Source: a virus (lineage: Duplodnaviria > Caudoviricetes). Taken from it: a stretch of 64,000 nt of DNA. Position numbers and translations under genes: made by a program. Numbering within the stretch: the first letter of the stretch is position 1; every line of letters begins with the position of its first letter. Location of the stretch: the IMG/VR virus record IMGVR_UViG_3300031519_004326, positions 8,380-72,379 of that record, one strand, 5' to 3'. The notes beneath the pieces are model-generated. The model saw only the letters and a program-made list of their open reading frames with translations. It was not told where the DNA came from and searched no databases. This document shows, one piece after another, positions 47,630 to 56,856 of this stretch.

Positions 47630-47847
47630 AATCCGTAGCAGAAGAAATTAGAGAACTAGGCGATCGTTTAGCAGCACTGTACGACAAGCCAACAGCAGTT
47701 GACGAAGCAGGTGGATACTACACTAAAGATGTATTTGCAATGATTGAAAAAGTTGGCGTTGAACAAGTAATGCGTGATCTTTTAGAATTCCTAGATGGTG
47801 ATGCAATACAAGACTTTGTAAATCATATGGCTAACAAAGAAGAATAA
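47623..47847 (+). CDS. hypothetical protein
   Basis: 74 aa coupled ORF with VDEA junction. Confidence 0.65.
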   Translation: MVKSVAEEIRELGDRLAALYDKPTAVDEAGGYYTKDVFAMIEKVGVEQVMRDLLEFLDGDAIQDFVNHMANKEE

Positions 47848-47848
47848 A

Positions 47849-48190
47849 ATGAAATTATTTGAACTAGATAATCAACAAGATGAAATTCCATTTGACGTAG
47901 TAGACGATCTTGCTATCTTTATGCGCAACGATCCTATGTTTTATCGTAAGACATTCTTTCCAGCAATGGCAGATGCTAGTGATAAAATAGAAAGAGGTCA
48001 AAGTGTTGATCCTGTTATTTTTATAAAACCAGTTGTTGATAAGGCTGTTAAAAGTTATTGCAGTACTTTTATTAGAGATAGACGTTCTGATGATGTGTTT
48101 ACCGAAAAAGATAAAAAGGCGTGTGTTGATAAGATTAGTGCAGAAGAAATGCCTAACATCAAAAAAGGTATGTATAAGGACAAGGTCTAA
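47849..48190 (+). CDS. hypothetical protein (MKLFE N-terminus)
   Basis: DDLAIFMRNDPMFYRK. Confidence 0.75.
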   Translation: MKLFELDNQQDEIPFDVVDDLAIFMRNDPMFYRKTFFPAMADASDKIERGQSVDPVIFIKPVVDKAVKSYCSTFIRDRRSDDVFTEKDKKACVDKISAEEMPNIKKGMYKDKV

Positions 48191-49173
48191 TGTTATTAAG
48201 AGAATTATACGAAGCACAAGCAAAACGTATTGTAGCAGTTATGCCAGGTGGATTTCATCCGTTTCATCCTGGGCATAAAAGTCTTTATGATTGGGCAGTA
48301 AAAACATTTGGTCAAGGCAATGTTTATGTTGCTGCAACTAACGACACCGCAGCTAGACCTTTTCCGTTTGATGTAAAGAAGAAACTAGCTTCAATGGCAG
48401 GTGTTCCCGAAAGCAATTTCATACAAGTCAAGTCGCCTTTTAATGCTATGAGCTACCAAGACATTGTAGACGACAATACTGCACTTGTATTTGTACGCAG
48501 TGAAAAAGACAAAGCTGAACATCCTAAGCCAGACCAAACTAAGAAGAATGGCGAGCCAGGATATTTAAGAACATACACAGGCAAAGATTTAAATTCATCA
48601 AACGAAATGGGCTATATGGCATACGGTCCTACTATTAACTTTGACTTTAGTGGTATGCAAATTAAGAGTGCAAGCGAGTTACGTTCAACTTGGCCTAATA
48701 TGAGTGACGAAGATAAACATAAAGCTGCTGCTCTTATGTACGGCGACGGACACGATGAAGCAGTACAGTTGCTTGATAAAGCCCTTGGCGGTTCTGATGC
48801 ACCAGTTGAAGAATGGGCAATGCCTGCACTAAAAGGTGCAAAGTATGCATTTCAAATTTCTAAATGGCTATGGAATAATAAATGGGCTATTACATTCTTT
48901 ATGGGTGCTTGGAAAACTATTGACTGGGCTAGTGATGCAATTGAGTTTACTAGAAAGTATTTAGATAACCCGATTGTACGTGCTATGACAAAATATGCCT
49001 TACCAGCAGTAGGTGTTGCTATTGCATTATACGGCGGCAAGAAACTGTATGACGAACTAATTCAAATCAAAGACGAACGTGAACTAGATAAAATGATTAG
49101 AGATTTTCAACCTGATATGGATGAGTTAGAAACGCTTAAAGCAGAACTTCAATCAATGATTGCTGAGAAATAG
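48190..49173 (+). CDS. HIGH-family nucleotidyltransferase-like protein with an extra C-terminal module
   Basis: PGGFHPFHPGH, SASELR; N-terminus MLLRELYEA. Confidence 0.75.
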   Translation: MLLRELYEAQAKRIVAVMPGGFHPFHPGHKSLYDWAVKTFGQGNVYVAATNDTAARPFPFDVKKKLASMAGVPESNFIQVKSPFNAMSYQDIVDDNTALVFVRSEKDKAEHPKPDQTKKNGEPGYLRTYTGKDLNSSNEMGYMAYGPTINFDFSGMQIKSASELRSTWPNMSDEDKHKAAALMYGDGHDEAVQLLDKALGGSDAPVEEWAMPALKGAKYAFQISKWLWNNKWAITFFMGAWKTIDWASDAIEFTRKYLDNPIVRAMTKYALPAVGVAIALYGGKKLYDELIQIKDERELDKMIRDFQPDMDELETLKAELQSMIAEK

Positions 49174-49174
49174 T

Positions 49175-49399
49175 ATGGACGATTTAGAGTATATTAAAAA
49201 ACTAGCAGGTGTAAACGAATACAAAGGTTACACTGAATATACTCTAGAAAATATCAGTGACGCTGCTAATGCAAATGCTAAGAAGATGCGTAAAGATAAT
49301 ATTAAGCCTGGCGACAAAGAATGGTTTGAACTTTGGTTTAGTCAACCTAAAATGATGAATCAAAATATGCCACGTGGATTTAGAGGACGAACAAAATGA
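49175..49399 (+). CDS. small head-associated hypothetical protein
   Basis: LEYIKKLAGVNE; IKPGDKEWFELWF. Confidence 0.7.
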   Translation: MDDLEYIKKLAGVNEYKGYTEYTLENISDAANANAKKMRKDNIKPGDKEWFELWFSQPKMMNQNMPRGFRGRTK

Positions 49400-50961
49400 G
49401 ATTGCGTGACATATTTGAGGATGGAAGAATTGTAAAAGGCGTTAACACTACTCCAGATGTTGATGTAAATTCTATTTCTAAAGAAGCAGCAAAGTTTGGA
49501 TTTAAGGTAGACAAAGACGGACGTCCGCAAAATCATCCTAGTAATGTAAAAGGCAGCAAAACAAATGTGTTGTTTAACTTAGGTATGGTAACAGAGTCAA
49601 AAGACTTTGCAGAAGCACTTGGTGAAATTGCAAGTGCTACAGAAATTTATGTTGATATGGACGGTGTGCTTGCAGACTTCTTTGGTGACTGGGCTAAACT
49701 AATGGGTGTGGATAGTTTCCGTGATATTAAAGATGTAAATGCAGCCTTAGAAAAAATTAAAGATACAAATGATTTTTGGTTAAACTTGCCTGTAACAGAC
49801 AATGCAAAACCGTTACTAGAATTAATTAAAAAAGTAAAAGGCGAATATAGCATTTGTAGTTCACCATTACCGGGTGATAAAAATAGCGAGCCACACAAGC
49901 GCGAATGGATTAAAAAGCATCTAGCGTTTTTTCCACCTAAAGAAATTATTATTACACACGACAAAGCAAAGTATGCAACACAGCCAGACGGTACATCTAA
50001 CATACTAATTGACGACTATGGTGTAAACATTAACAAATGGGAAGCTGCTGGCGGTATAGGATTTAAACACAAAGATCATAAGTTTGAGCGTACTGCTAAA
50101 AATATTAAGCAACATATGGATGCCGATGTAGAAGAAGGCAGTTTAATACCAAATCCTGCAAATACATTTATTGCAAAAGCAGATACAGCATATGATCATT
50201 ATAAGTTAGGTACTAATATAGCCAACTTAAAAAGCGTCAAGAAGGGTGGTAACTATGACGAGCCTGATGTAGTTATTGCTCCTTATGCCGGTAAGAAAGA
50301 AATGAAATACTTGCAAAAGCAACTTACACGTATTGGGTACGATGTACAAGATGCCGACGGCTATCAAGACGCACATTATGACGATGAGCCAACAGGCGGA
50401 GAAGCACCTCCACAAATGAAGGGGCAAGGTCCACTAGGTAAAGTTAAAGTAAGTAAACTTAAAGGTGTTCAAAAAGAAAGATCATACGAAAAGTTAGCAA
50501 AGCAACTTGAGCGTGTACTAGAAGACGACTATGCTCCATTACAGATTGATCGCAAAGGTAGAGTAGTTAACGGACATCATAGACTTGACGCATTGCGTTT
50601 AGTAGGTGAAGAATATGCTCGTGTACATATGATTGATGACGTAGTAGAAAACGTAAAAGAAACATATGCTGATGATCAAAGAGAGAAAACAAAACGTACA
50701 CTTGCTAAACACGAAAAAGCAATGATTCAAAAAGCTCGTGATTCTATTAAGAAGTACGAGAAAGATAAAGAAGATAAAGAAACTAATGAAAACTTTGCAG
50801 ACGGTAAGAAAAAAGGTAAAAGCAAACCAGGCAGAGTAAAGAAGTCTGGTGCTAGTTGTAATGGTAGCGTAACTGAACTACGTAAAAAAGCAAAGAACGC
50901 AAGCGGTGAACGTGCTAAAATGTATCATTGGTGTGCAAATATGAAGGGTGGTAAAAAATGA
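49396..50961 (+). CDS. multi-module protein: HAD 5'(3')-nucleotidase-like domain + ParB/Srx-like domain + small modules
   Basis: YVDMDGVLADF...ILIDD...WEAAGGIG (HAD); IDRKGRVVNGHHRLDAL (ParB-like); N-terminus MRLRDIFED. Confidence 0.8.
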   Translation: MRLRDIFEDGRIVKGVNTTPDVDVNSISKEAAKFGFKVDKDGRPQNHPSNVKGSKTNVLFNLGMVTESKDFAEALGEIASATEIYVDMDGVLADFFGDWAKLMGVDSFRDIKDVNAALEKIKDTNDFWLNLPVTDNAKPLLELIKKVKGEYSICSSPLPGDKNSEPHKREWIKKHLAFFPPKEIIITHDKAKYATQPDGTSNILIDDYGVNINKWEAAGGIGFKHKDHKFERTAKNIKQHMDADVEEGSLIPNPANTFIAKADTAYDHYKLGTNIANLKSVKKGGNYDEPDVVIAPYAGKKEMKYLQKQLTRIGYDVQDADGYQDAHYDDEPTGGEAPPQMKGQGPLGKVKVSKLKGVQKERSYEKLAKQLERVLEDDYAPLQIDRKGRVVNGHHRLDALRLVGEEYARVHMIDDVVENVKETYADDQREKTKRTLAKHEKAMIQKARDSIKKYEKDKEDKETNENFADGKKKGKSKPGRVKKSGASCNGSVTELRKKAKNASGERAKMYHWCANMKGGKK

Positions 50962-51299
50962 AAATGTTAGATTTAATCAACGAAGCTGAAACTGATAAAG
51001 ATAAGAATAAGCGTCATCGTATGGATTTAGACGACCTTGAAAGAGAAATTCGTAAATCAAAAGATGGTATGGACAAAGATACACAAGCTCACATTGATAA
51101 AAAACGCAAAGGGCTTGCAGCGAATAAAGCAAAGATGGACGAAACTACAAGTGCGGGAGATGTTGGAGCAGTTGCTGCTCCAGTAGGCGGAATGGTTAGT
51201 CGTCAAATGAAAAACAAAGACGGTACTGTAAAGAACGCTCTTGATATTGATACAAATATCCTAGGACAGAAAAAGAAGAAGAAGACTGGGAAGCGATAA
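50958..51299 (+). CDS. probable head-packaged hypothetical protein
   Basis: MKMLDLINEA; DETTSAGDVG module. Confidence 0.7.
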   Translation: MKMLDLINEAETDKDKNKRHRMDLDDLEREIRKSKDGMDKDTQAHIDKKRKGLAANKAKMDETTSAGDVGAVAAPVGGMVSRQMKNKDGTVKNALDIDTNILGQKKKKKTGKR

Positions 51300-51306
51300 A
51301 TACATT

Positions 51307-52350
51307 ATGCGTAGAAAAGATATATTAGAAGGTCCACTTAAAAACTTCCAGCAAGATATTGCTAAAGGATTCAATGCCACACAAAAAGGCGGCATTCTTG
51401 CTCCTGACAGTGTAGAACAGGGTATTAAGAAGTTTTTTACTAAGGTAGATAAGCCTGACACAGATAAAGATAAAGAAGCTGCTAAAGGCGGTGCTGGTAC
51501 AAAAGACAGTGTTACTAAAGCAGATGCAAAAAAAGTAAAAGGCGACGGCGAAGGCATACTTAATCAAATGGCTGCTAAAAGAAAATATAGTAAAGAACTA
51601 GCAGGTTATAAAAATTCAAAAGCAGATCGCACTCCTCCACAGGATGCTAGACTTATTGGAAACGACGGTAAATTATATCACTGGAGCGGAAATAAATGGT
51701 TAGTAAGAAATGATACTAACGGACGTTATGAAGTAACAAAGGACCAAGAGTCAATAAAAGCAAGTTGGATAGATGCCGCTGCAAAAGGTAAAACAACATA
51801 CATTAAGGAAGAAGCAATGAGCAAAGCAATTAAAGAAGGATTAGCCGATTTAGCCGATATGGCTGAAAGAGACCACGAAGTGCAAATGGCACGTGCCGAT
51901 CTTTATAAGATTGCAAAATATGCTATTAAACTACACGATATGATGAAAAATGTTAGTGAAGCTGAAGGACTTGAAGGATGGCAGCAAGCTAAAATTACTA
52001 AAGCAGCAGACTATATCGGAAGTGTATATCACAACCTAGAATACGATTTAAAATTTGCAGACGGAGGCGAAATGCCTGCTGATGCACTAGCAGGTATTTC
52101 AGAATCAAAGAAAGACACACATTGCTCAGATAAGTGCTGTGGTGCAGAAGTAAAAAGAGAAGATTGCAAATGTCCTCCAGACTGTGAACATTGTAACTGT
52201 AACGATCCTAAGGTTGCAGAAGGTAAAAGCCCACACGCAAAAGGTACTAAGAAGTACAAAAAGCATATGGCAGCAATACACGCCGAGGGTGTTCAAGATA
52301 CGTATAAACTAAAAATTGCTGAGCAATTGAATAAAAAATTAGGCAAGTAA
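51307..52350 (+). CDS. modular, probably head-packaged protein with a Cys-rich module
   Basis: MRRKDILEG; DHEVQMAR...LEGWQQAKIT module; HCSDKCCG...CKCPPDCEHCNC. Confidence 0.7.
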   Translation: MRRKDILEGPLKNFQQDIAKGFNATQKGGILAPDSVEQGIKKFFTKVDKPDTDKDKEAAKGGAGTKDSVTKADAKKVKGDGEGILNQMAAKRKYSKELAGYKNSKADRTPPQDARLIGNDGKLYHWSGNKWLVRNDTNGRYEVTKDQESIKASWIDAAAKGKTTYIKEEAMSKAIKEGLADLADMAERDHEVQMARADLYKIAKYAIKLHDMMKNVSEAEGLEGWQQAKITKAADYIGSVYHNLEYDLKFADGGEMPADALAGISESKKDTHCSDKCCGAEVKREDCKCPPDCEHCNCNDPKVAEGKSPHAKGTKKYKKHMAAIHAEGVQDTYKLKIAEQLNKKLGK

Positions 52351-52351
52351 T

Positions 52352-52981
52352 ATGGACTTTCACGATTTACAAAAGAAACTCTTTGATATAGAACCAACTG
52401 ATATTGCTGCTGATAAAGCAAGGATGATGGCAGAACTTCAGGGCGGTGCAAATGTTCCTGCTCCTGCTCCGTCAATTCCCGAACAAGTAACTGAAAGTTA
52501 TACTGTTAATGAAGGTTCATTACAAATGGACAAAGACTATTCTGTAAATGAGTTTGCTGCACTAGCAGGTATAAAATTAACTGAAGCACCAATTGCTCCA
52601 GCAGTAGCGCCGGATGCAAATAAAGTAGGAATGGGCGCAAAACAAGTTGGTAATAAACTAGGTGCTAAAGGTGGCGCAGGTATGATGTCTAAAGCATTGG
52701 GCAAAGTTGCACAAGGTGGTGCATTACCAGCAAATCTTTCTAAACAAATTGCTCCTTTTGCTGCACAACTAGAAGTAATCTTAGGTGATCCAGGATTACG
52801 TAATAAGTTTATGGCTATTGTTAAAGCAGCCGAAGCAGTTAGTAAGAAAAATGCAGCAGCAGCGCCAGCACAACCTGTAGAAAGAACATTTACTAGAGAC
52901 AAGATACAAAAAGAGTCATTTGTCAAAGATGAGCTCTACCGTAGACTAGCAGAGTACGAATTTAAATCTGCAAAAAAGTAA
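52352..52981 (+). CDS. probable head-associated protein
   Basis: FAALAGIKLTE; C-terminal KDELYRRLAEY. Confidence 0.7.
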   Translation: MDFHDLQKKLFDIEPTDIAADKARMMAELQGGANVPAPAPSIPEQVTESYTVNEGSLQMDKDYSVNEFAALAGIKLTEAPIAPAVAPDANKVGMGAKQVGNKLGAKGGAGMMSKALGKVAQGGALPANLSKQIAPFAAQLEVILGDPGLRNKFMAIVKAAEAVSKKNAAAAPAQPVERTFTRDKIQKESFVKDELYRRLAEYEFKSAKK

Positions 52982-52991
52982 CCATTTCAGG

Positions 52992-53020
52992 TTGACTTTT
53001 CCCTAAACATCCGCTATAAT
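52992..53020 (+). promoter_or_regulatory. sigma70-type promoter
   Basis: TTGACT (52992-52997), 17 nt, TATAAT (53015-53020). Confidence 0.85.
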
Positions 53021-53049
53021 ATAAGTTAAACTAACACAGGAGTTTAATA

Positions 53050-53310
53050 ATGAGTGATCGTACCTACGGCGCAGAAGAAAAAGCAAAACTTGGAAGACTA
53101 GTTAGCGAAGGCGTAACAGTATTACAAGAAGTTGAAGATTTAAATATGGGGTTAAAAGAAACAGTTAAGGCTGTTGCAGAAGAACTTGATATCAAACCAA
53201 GTCTAATTAACAAAGCAATTAAAATTGCAAAGAACCGAGATTGGGATAATCACGTAGATGCATACGATGATCTCGAAACACTTATAGCCACGTTAGGTTA
53301 TGATAAGTGA
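53050..53310 (+). CDS. dsDNA-binding protein, T4 DsbA/GapR-like
   Basis: EVEDLNMGLKETVKAVAEELDIKPSLINKAIKIA helical pattern; 86 aa; AGGAG RBS. Confidence 0.65.
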   Translation: MSDRTYGAEEKAKLGRLVSEGVTVLQEVEDLNMGLKETVKAVAEELDIKPSLINKAIKIAKNRDWDNHVDAYDDLETLIATLGYDK

Positions 53311-53585
53311 TTGCAAAAACAATACAGTTTTTTAAAGATAGTAAAGAATCTAGCCCATTAGCATTTTATTGCGAAATGGTAGAAGCGTTGTTTTTAATTA
53401 CAGCAAGCGCAATACTTAGCTTTACTATTCTTGATCCGGCTACAAAACTATTTGTGCCTATGTACCTTATTGGTAGTGTACTAGGTATTATAAGTGCTGT
53501 AATTAGACAAGCAGCATTTGTAATAGTGCTGTGTAGCTGGTTTACTGCTATGAATTTATTTGCCTTGGTGCAATTATTTTTATAA
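53307..53585 (+). CDS. multi-TM membrane protein
   Basis: 3 hydrophobic helices; GTGA overlap with the previous gene. Confidence 0.7.
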   Translation: MIAKTIQFFKDSKESSPLAFYCEMVEALFLITASAILSFTILDPATKLFVPMYLIGSVLGIISAVIRQAAFVIVLCSWFTAMNLFALVQLFL

Positions 53586-53636
53586 ATAGATTTACGCCAA
53601 TAGCAAATAGCTAGGCAAGTTAACGGTTAAGTTGGC
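53581..53636 (+). promoter_or_regulatory. TATAAATA motif plus structured leader upstream of DNA polymerase
   Basis: TATAAATA 53581-53588; GCC-AA-TAGC/GCTA-GGC hairpin; GCCAA/TTGGC long-range pair. Confidence 0.5.
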
Positions 53637-53659
53637 CATAAGCAACGAAGGAGAAATGA

Positions 53660-56329
53660 ATGCCATACGTAGATGCGATGTTTGATCGCGATCAGGATAT
53701 TATTCGTGCCGTTGAACGCAAGGACGGAAAACGACACTTCCACGAATATCAAGCAAAATATACATTTTATTATAAAGACCCTAAGGGCAAATACAAAAGC
53801 GTTTATGGTGATCCTTTAAGTCGTATTGTGTGCAAAAACACAAAAGACTTCCGCAAAGAAGTTGCTATTAACAGAGACAAAATACTGTTTGAAAGCGACA
53901 TTAATCCTATCTTCCAATGTTTAAGTGAAAACTATCTTAACCAAGACGCACCTAAATTGAACATTGCGTTCTTCGATATTGAGACTGATTTTGATCCAGA
54001 GAGAGGCTTTGCTGATCCTAGTGATCCGTTTATGCCTATTACAAGTATCTCTGTATATCTACAGTGGTTAGACACTATGGTGTGTATTGCTGTACCTCCA
54101 AAGACACTTACTATGGAGCAAGCACGTAAAGAAGTCGAAGGCATAGACAATGTAATGCTAGTTGAAAAAGAAAGTGAAATGATTGATACTTTCTTAACGT
54201 TAATTGAAGACAGTGACGTACTAAGTGGTTGGAACAGTGAAGGTTATGATATTCCGTATACTGTAAACAGAACTGCTAGAGTACTAAGCAAAGATGACAC
54301 ACGTAGATTCTGCTTATGGGGACAACTTCCTAAGAAGCGTATGTACGAAAAGTTTGGCAAGGAAAGTCAAACATTTGATCTAGTAGGGCGTGTACACTTA
54401 GACAGTCTTAATTTATATCGCAAATACACATATGAAGAACGCCATAGTTATCGTCTAGATGCTATTGGTGAGATTGAAGTAGGTGAGAACAAAGTTGCGT
54501 ACGAAGGTACGCTAGATCAGTTATACAATCAAGACTTCCGTAAGTTTATTGAATATAACATTCAAGATACTGCATTGCTTGACAAACTAGACAAGAAGCT
54601 ACGATTTATTGACTTGTCTAATACTATTGCACACGAGAACACTGTTCTTATTCAAACTACAATGGGTGCTGTTGCTGTTACGGAGCAAGGTATTATTAAC
54701 GAAGCACATCATAGAGGCTTACAAGTTCCTAATCGCAAACAGCGTGATGAGGAAAACACACAAGCAGCCGGTGCATATGTTGCGTTTCCTAAGAAAGGTT
54801 TGCACAAATGGATTGCTTCAATGGATTTGAACTCACTGTATCCTTCAGTGATTCGTGCATTAAATATGGCTCCGGAAACTGTAATAGGACAAATACGTCC
54901 TGTGATTAGTGATGCTCGTGTACACGAAGATATGACTTTAAAGAAAAAGAGCTTTGCTGGTAGTTGGGAAGGACGTTTTAGTACAGAAGAATACGAAGCA
55001 GTTATGGAGCAAAAACGTGACGTTGCATTAAGTATTGATTGGGAAGACGGGCGTAGTGACGTTCTAAGTGGTGCTGAAATTTATCAGCTAGTGTTTGATA
55101 GTAATATGCCTTGGATGCTTAGTGCAAACGGTACAATCTTTACAACAGAGTTTGAAGGTGTTATTCCAGGTATCTTAAAGCGTTGGTATGCTGAACGTAA
55201 AGAATTACAGAAAAAACTAAAGAAAGCAAAAGACGCAGGCAATGCTGTAGAGATTGAGTATTGGGACAAGCGACAGCTAGTTAAGAAGATTTTGCTTAAC
55301 AGTTTGTATGGTGCTATTCTTAATCCAGGTTGTAGATTCTTTGACAAACGTATTGGACAGAGTACAACACTTACTGGACGTACTATTGTTAAACATATGA
55401 GTGCAGAAGTTAACAACGTTATTACAGGCACATATGATCACGTAGGTAAGTCAATGATCTACGGCGACACTGACTCTTGTTATTTTAGTGCTTGGCCAAT
55501 ACTTAAAGATGATGTTAACAGCGGAAAGCTGGAATGGTCAAAAGAAAAGTGCATTACACTTATGGATCAAGTGTGTGAACAAGCAAATACAACTTTTCCA
55601 GACTTTATGATGAAGGCATTTCATTGTCCAAAGAGCAGGTCAGATGTTATTGCGGCAGGACGTGAAATCATTGCACAGTCGGGATTGTTTATTACTAAGA
55701 AGCGTTATGCGGCTCTAGTAATTGACAACGAAGGATTTAGAACAGATATTGACGGTAAGGCTGGTAAAGTTAAAGCAATGGGCTTAGACTTGCGTAGATC
55801 AGATACGCCTGTGTTTATGCAAGAGTTTTTAAGTGAACTTTTGCTTATGGTACTTACAGATAAGCCGCAAAGTGATGTGCTTGAACGTATCACAGAGTTC
55901 CGTCAACAATTCCACGAACGGCCTGGTTATGAGAAAGGTAGTCCGAAACGTGCAAACAAAGTCGGACACTATCGACGCTTAGAAGAAAAACAAGGCAAGG
56001 CAAATATGCCGGGCCACGTAAGGGCAAGCATTAACTGGAATACACTAAAACGTATGAACGGCGACAAATATTCGCAAGAGATCGTTGACGGTATGAAAGT
56101 TATTGTTTGTAAATTAAAACAGAATCCGCTGGGATATACAAGTGTTGCATATCCTACAGATGAGATGCGTATCCCGCAGTGGTTCAAAGAACTACCGTTT
56201 GATGATGCAGCTATGGCGGAGACAATTATTGATAACAAACTAGACAACTTAATTGGTGTGCTTAACTATCCGTTACAAGATACCAAGCGACACAATACGT
56301 TTACGAGTTTGTTTGATTTCGGAGAATAA
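53660..56329 (+). CDS. family B DNA polymerase (T4 gp43-like)
   Basis: FFDIET exonuclease, MDLNSLYPS, KILLNSLYG, YGDTDS, KKRYA; no intein or intron. Confidence 0.97.
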   Translation: MPYVDAMFDRDQDIIRAVERKDGKRHFHEYQAKYTFYYKDPKGKYKSVYGDPLSRIVCKNTKDFRKEVAINRDKILFESDINPIFQCLSENYLNQDAPKLNIAFFDIETDFDPERGFADPSDPFMPITSISVYLQWLDTMVCIAVPPKTLTMEQARKEVEGIDNVMLVEKESEMIDTFLTLIEDSDVLSGWNSEGYDIPYTVNRTARVLSKDDTRRFCLWGQLPKKRMYEKFGKESQTFDLVGRVHLDSLNLYRKYTYEERHSYRLDAIGEIEVGENKVAYEGTLDQLYNQDFRKFIEYNIQDTALLDKLDKKLRFIDLSNTIAHENTVLIQTTMGAVAVTEQGIINEAHHRGLQVPNRKQRDEENTQAAGAYVAFPKKGLHKWIASMDLNSLYPSVIRALNMAPETVIGQIRPVISDARVHEDMTLKKKSFAGSWEGRFSTEEYEAVMEQKRDVALSIDWEDGRSDVLSGAEIYQLVFDSNMPWMLSANGTIFTTEFEGVIPGILKRWYAERKELQKKLKKAKDAGNAVEIEYWDKRQLVKKILLNSLYGAILNPGCRFFDKRIGQSTTLTGRTIVKHMSAEVNNVITGTYDHVGKSMIYGDTDSCYFSAWPILKDDVNSGKLEWSKEKCITLMDQVCEQANTTFPDFMMKAFHCPKSRSDVIAAGREIIAQSGLFITKKRYAALVIDNEGFRTDIDGKAGKVKAMGLDLRRSDTPVFMQEFLSELLLMVLTDKPQSDVLERITEFRQQFHERPGYEKGSPKRANKVGHYRRLEEKQGKANMPGHVRASINWNTLKRMNGDKYSQEIVDGMKVIVCKLKQNPLGYTSVAYPTDEMRIPQWFKELPFDDAAMAETIIDNKLDNLIGVLNYPLQDTKRHNTFTSLFDFGE

Positions 56330-56330
56330 T

Positions 56331-56441
56331 ATGAGAATTAAAGTTGAGGCAGAAATTGATACAGATAATGCCAACGACCTAAATACTATCGAAGAGCTAA
56401 TACAGCTATTAAGATCGTTAGCAGAAAATTACGAGGACTAA
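56331..56441 (+). CDS. 36-aa hypothetical protein
   Basis: GGAG RBS; MRIKVEAEIDTD. Confidence 0.6.
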   Translation: MRIKVEAEIDTDNANDLNTIEELIQLLRSLAENYED

Positions 56442-56442
56442 A

Positions 56443-56856
56443 ATGAAAGTAGGATTTACTTGTTCAACATTTGACTTATGTCACGCAGGACACGTACAAA
56501 TGTTACGTGAAGCAAAAGACCAGTGCGATTATTTGATATGTGGATTACAAGTAGATCCTAGTAATGATCGTCCAGAAAAAAACGCACCTATTCAAACTAT
56601 TGTCGAGCGTTATACGCAACTTAAAGCAATTAGTTATGTAGATGAAATCATTCCATACGGCACAGAGCAAGACCTAGAAGATATCTTGACAATGTACAAT
56701 ATTGATGTTAGAGTATTAGGAGAAGAGTATCGCGACAAAGACTTTACAGGTAAAGATATCTGTAGGCGCCGTGATATTGAATTATACTTTAACAAAAGAG
56801 ATCATAGATTTAGTTCAAGTGATTTACGTAAACGAGTAACAGAGAGAGAAAATTAA
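56443..56856 (+). CDS. tagD: TagD-like (glycerol-3-phosphate) cytidylyltransferase
   Basis: FTCSTFDLCHAGH, ER, YVDEI, GEEY, RDHRFSSSDLR. Confidence 0.85.
   Translation: MKVGFTCSTFDLCHAGHVQMLREAKDQCDYLICGLQVDPSNDRPEKNAPIQTIVERYTQLKAISYVDEIIPYGTEQDLEDILTMYNIDVRVLGEEYRDKDFTGKDICRRRDIELYFNKRDHRFSSSDLRKRVTEREN

Noticed and set aside
53660-56329. Introns, inteins or homing endonucleases in polB, topoisomerase or thyA
   Set aside because: Lengths and motif spacing are normal; no LAGLIDADG, HNH or intein terminal motifs are seen.
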